Origin: Vicugna vicugna
Lineage: Eukaryota
Length of the DNA: 64,000 bases
NCBI GenBank assembly: GCA_013265495.1
Contig: MU058584.1
Location: 4,904,508 to 4,968,507 of the forward strand
Direction: 5' to 3'
Shown: piece by piece, positions 63,781 to 64,000 of the stretch
Layout of the letters: every line of letters begins with the position of its first letter
How positions within the stretch are numbered: the stretch's first letter is position 1
Notes under the pieces: model-generated
Told to the model about the DNA's origin: nothing
What the model saw: only the letters and a program-made list of their open reading frames with translations
The model's database searches: none
Translations under genes and position numbers: made by a program

Positions 63781-64000
63781 GTTGAGCATTCATTATTAAT
63801 AGTTTTTAGGACAAAACAGCATCAACTATTGTTTTAATTAGTTACTGAATAAGCCTAGACATTTTTTCTAACCTGAGAGAAAAACAAGATGTACAATTAC
63901 ACACTTTCTGGAAAATATGCAGAAGCATAGCAGTAATCATGGAGAAACGCGCCACAGAGCCAAGGTGTGTCCCCAGGCTGGAGAACTGGACTGAAAGATG

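Noticed and set aside
1..64000. The ORF track as protein-coding genes
   Set aside because: All ORFs are 161 aa or shorter, many use GTG/TTG starts, and many overlap repeats. None resembles a known protein except L1 ORF2 remnants.

Overview
Mammalian genomic DNA that is AT-rich, CpG-depleted and dense in repeats. It is most likely from a camelid (alpaca/llama/camel), because it carries three vic-1-like tRNA-derived SINEs and I saw no Alu, PRE-1 or Bov-A/Bov-B elements. I could not identify any protein-coding gene, RNA gene, CpG island or CRISPR-type system, so the window reads as intergenic or deep-intronic. The ORF track is noise apart from ORFs that translate L1 ORF2 remnants. Recognisable content: young 5'-truncated L1s (one with a perfect 16-bp TSD), old L1M, L2 and MIR relics, ERVL/MaLR LTRs (MER21, LTR33-like, MLT1-like), DNA transposons (three Tigger2-family elements, MER53, MER58A, MER94) and microsatellites. 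The most notable observations are: an exact 40-bp duplication 2,064 bp apart carrying an NF-kB-like site; a 14-bp tandem duplication that gives two perfect heat-shock elements; a young L1 with no 3' end and no TSD; several exon-like segments; and enhancer-like motif clusters in repeat-poor stretches. I found no convincing novel biological system. Repeat names come from recalled consensus sequences. Boundaries of old repeats are approximate and need RepeatMasker/Dfam confirmation.
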